Source of the DNA: Filomicrobium sp.
Lineage (GTDB): Bacteria > Pseudomonadota > Alphaproteobacteria > Rhizobiales > Hyphomicrobiaceae
Assembly (NCBI GenBank): GCA_017792465.1
Contig: CP051234.1
Location: 226,606-250,605 of the forward strand
Direction: 5' to 3'
Length of the DNA stretch: 24,000 nt
This document shows, one piece after another, positions 22,728 through 24,000 of the stretch (position 1 is the stretch's first letter; each line of letters starts with the position of its first letter). Below the pieces are notes generated by a model, which was given only the letters and a program-made list of their open reading frames with translations, searched no databases and was not told where the DNA came from. A program made the position numbers and the translations under genes.

Positions 22728-23737
22728 TTTCCCGAAGGACCCTGCTGCGCAGCTTAGGTGGTGGGCTTTTCGGTGGTTTCGGGCTGGCTGGCTACGCCTT
22801 CGGTGTCGAGCCGCGACTACGTCTGGTTACGACACGATACCGTTTCACGCCGGATAACTGGCCGGCGAATTTCAAGCTTTGCCTCGCCGTTGTCGCTGAC
22901 TTGCATGCGGGTGAACCGGATATGTCGCCGGCGCGCATTGAGCATATTGTCGATGTCACCAATTCACTCGAAGCGGATATCATTTTGCTGCTTGGGGATT
23001 TTGTTGCTGGCCATCACTGGCGCACGCGCATGGTTCCATCGTCGGAATGGGCTGCAATCTTGGCAGGTTTGAAAGCCCGTTTAGGGGTCCACGCGGTTCT
23101 GGGAAATCATGACTGGTGGGATGATCGTGGCGCGCAGCGTCGAGGCAAAGGTCCGATCATCGCGGGGCAGGCGTTGGAGCGTGCCGGTATCCCGGTCTAC
23201 GAAAACCAAGCGTTCCGGATTGCCAACGATGGGAAACCGTTCTGGTTGGCGGGGCTCGGAGACCAACTGGCGATTGTTGAGCATGTTTATCGGCGAAGTC
23301 GTGCAGGCAAAAAGAGTGACCTTCCTTTTCGGGGCGCTGAGGACGTCAAGGGCATCTCGCCAGTAGCCAAAGCAATGGCTCGTGGTCGGCGGTTTGCGGG
23401 TGTTGATGACCTGCCTGCGACTCTCGCGCAAGTCAGTGATGACGCTCCGATCATTCTCATGGCGCATGAACCGGATATCTTTCCGAAGGTACCTTCGCGC
23501 GTTTCGCTGACCCTGAGTGGTCATACCCACGGAGGTCAGGTGCGTTTCTTGGGATACTCGCCTGTTGTTCCTTCGCAATTTGGGAACCGGTATGCTTATG
23601 GTCATATCGTTGAGAACCAGCGCCATTTGATTATTTCCGGCGGACTTGGTTGTTCAATTATGCCGGTACGTTTTGGGGTGCCGCCTGAGATCGTGACGAT
23701 AGAGCTTGGCGGCGAGGGTGAAGGGGCTGTGGCTTGA
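22724..23737 (+). CDS. Tat-like-signal metallophosphoesterase, YkuE/YaeI-like, copy 2 (tandem paralog with a ~30-aa basic insertion)
   Basis: TTG start 22724 overlaps the stop of copy 1 (cTTGAt). The N-terminus is [27 protein letters not shown]. The motifs [25 protein letters not shown] and SGHTHGGQV are intact. By-eye alignment shows about half of the positions identical to copy 1. The extra segment [42 protein letters not shown] has no counterpart in copy 1. Confidence 0.85.
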   Translation: MISRRTLLRSLGGGLFGGFGLAGYAFGVEPRLRLVTTRYRFTPDNWPANFKLCLAVVADLHAGEPDMSPARIEHIVDVTNSLEADIILLLGDFVAGHHWRTRMVPSSEWAAILAGLKARLGVHAVLGNHDWWDDRGAQRRGKGPIIAGQALERAGIPVYENQAFRIANDGKPFWLAGLGDQLAIVEHVYRRSRAGKKSDLPFRGAEDVKGISPVAKAMARGRRFAGVDDLPATLAQVSDDAPIILMAHEPDIFPKVPSRVSLTLSGHTHGGQVRFLGYSPVVPSQFGNRYAYGHIVENQRHLIISGGLGCSIMPVRFGVPPEIVTIELGGEGEGAVA

Positions 23738-24000
23738 GCGAAGAAGTTTGGGCAGATGTTGCCGGGCGGCTTGGGGCCGATGAGCAGGGGCAATTCCACC
23801 GGCTGCCGATCCGGGTTTATTTCGAAGATACCGATGCTGGCGGGGTTGTTTATCACGCCTCTTACGTCCGCTTTTGCGAGCGGGGACGCACCGACTTTTT
23901 GCGTCTGCTGGGTGTCGAAGCGCGGGAACTGATTTCGGGTGAAGCCTCCAACGAACCGGCTGCATTCGTCGTGCGGCGGATGACGCTGGATTTCAAGCGC
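23734..24000 (+). CDS. ybgC: Tol-Pal-associated acyl-CoA thioesterase YbgC (4HBT family), 3'-truncated by the window edge
   Basis: TTG 23734 overlaps the copy-2 stop (TTGA) and is the only in-frame start candidate upstream of the conserved core. The translation is [61 protein letters not shown]...[12 protein letters not shown], which carries the hotdog-fold YbgC signature (V.YEDTDA.G.VYHA.Y). The frame stays open to position 24000. Confidence 0.8.
   Translation, partial: MSEEVWADVAGRLGADEQGQFHRLPIRVYFEDTDAGGVVYHASYVRFCERGRTDFLRLLGVEARELISGEASNEPAAFVVRRMTLDFKR

Noticed and set aside
22038-23626. Two long minus-strand ORFs (22038..22595 and 23081..23626).
   Set aside because: Each is antisense to one metallophosphoesterase gene, and each of those genes has all five catalytic motifs. 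Their parallel occurrence simply reflects the paralogy of the sense genes.
1-24000. CRISPR arrays, tRNA/rRNA genes, IS elements, integrases and toxin-antitoxin pairs.
   Set aside because: There are no regularly spaced direct repeats and no cloverleaf-compatible intergenic segments. No transposase or recombinase motifs appear in any frame of the supplied ORFs. The only duplicated sequences are the metallophosphoesterase paralogs, the 15-bp start-codon duplication and the REP doublet.

Overview
This is a GC-rich chromosomal core region. Its gene content and order look alphaproteobacterial (Hyphomicrobiales/Rhizobiales-like). That placement is an inference from DUF1192, a DUF1465/RcdA-like gene, ZauP-like+ZapA, and ruvC-ruvA-ruvB-ybgC. 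I can support 27 protein-coding genes, one ncRNA (6S RNA between zapA and the 5-formyl-THF cyclo-ligase gene), several intrinsic terminators and one REP-doublet repeat. I saw no tRNA/rRNA, CRISPR array, transposase, integrase or prophage signal. Housekeeping genes are qor, rpmE, a fused ABC exporter, phaZ, suhB, gap, zapA, ygfA-like, ymdB-like, yebC, ruvC/A/B and ybgC (partial). Three things merit a second look. (1) An operonic MotA-like/MotB-like stator pair (7493-9571, minus strand) has a roughly 150-aa coiled-coil spacer and a roughly 115-aa C-terminal tail, with no flagellar, Tol or Ton partners in the window. (2) The normally compact ruvC-ruvA-ruvB-ybgC block is interrupted three times. 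The inserts are an opposite-strand hypothetical gene, two paralogous small 4-TM proteins plus a REP doublet, and a tandem pair of Tat-signal YkuE/YaeI-like metallophosphoesterases. The two phosphoesterase genes are stop/start-overlapped (TTGA) with each other and with ybgC. (3) There are candidate unannotated small RNAs and small ORFs. Most long track ORFs lying antisense to these genes are GC-driven artefacts, and several track ORFs are over-extended at the 5' end. All homology calls come from reading motifs by eye and from memory; no database search was possible.
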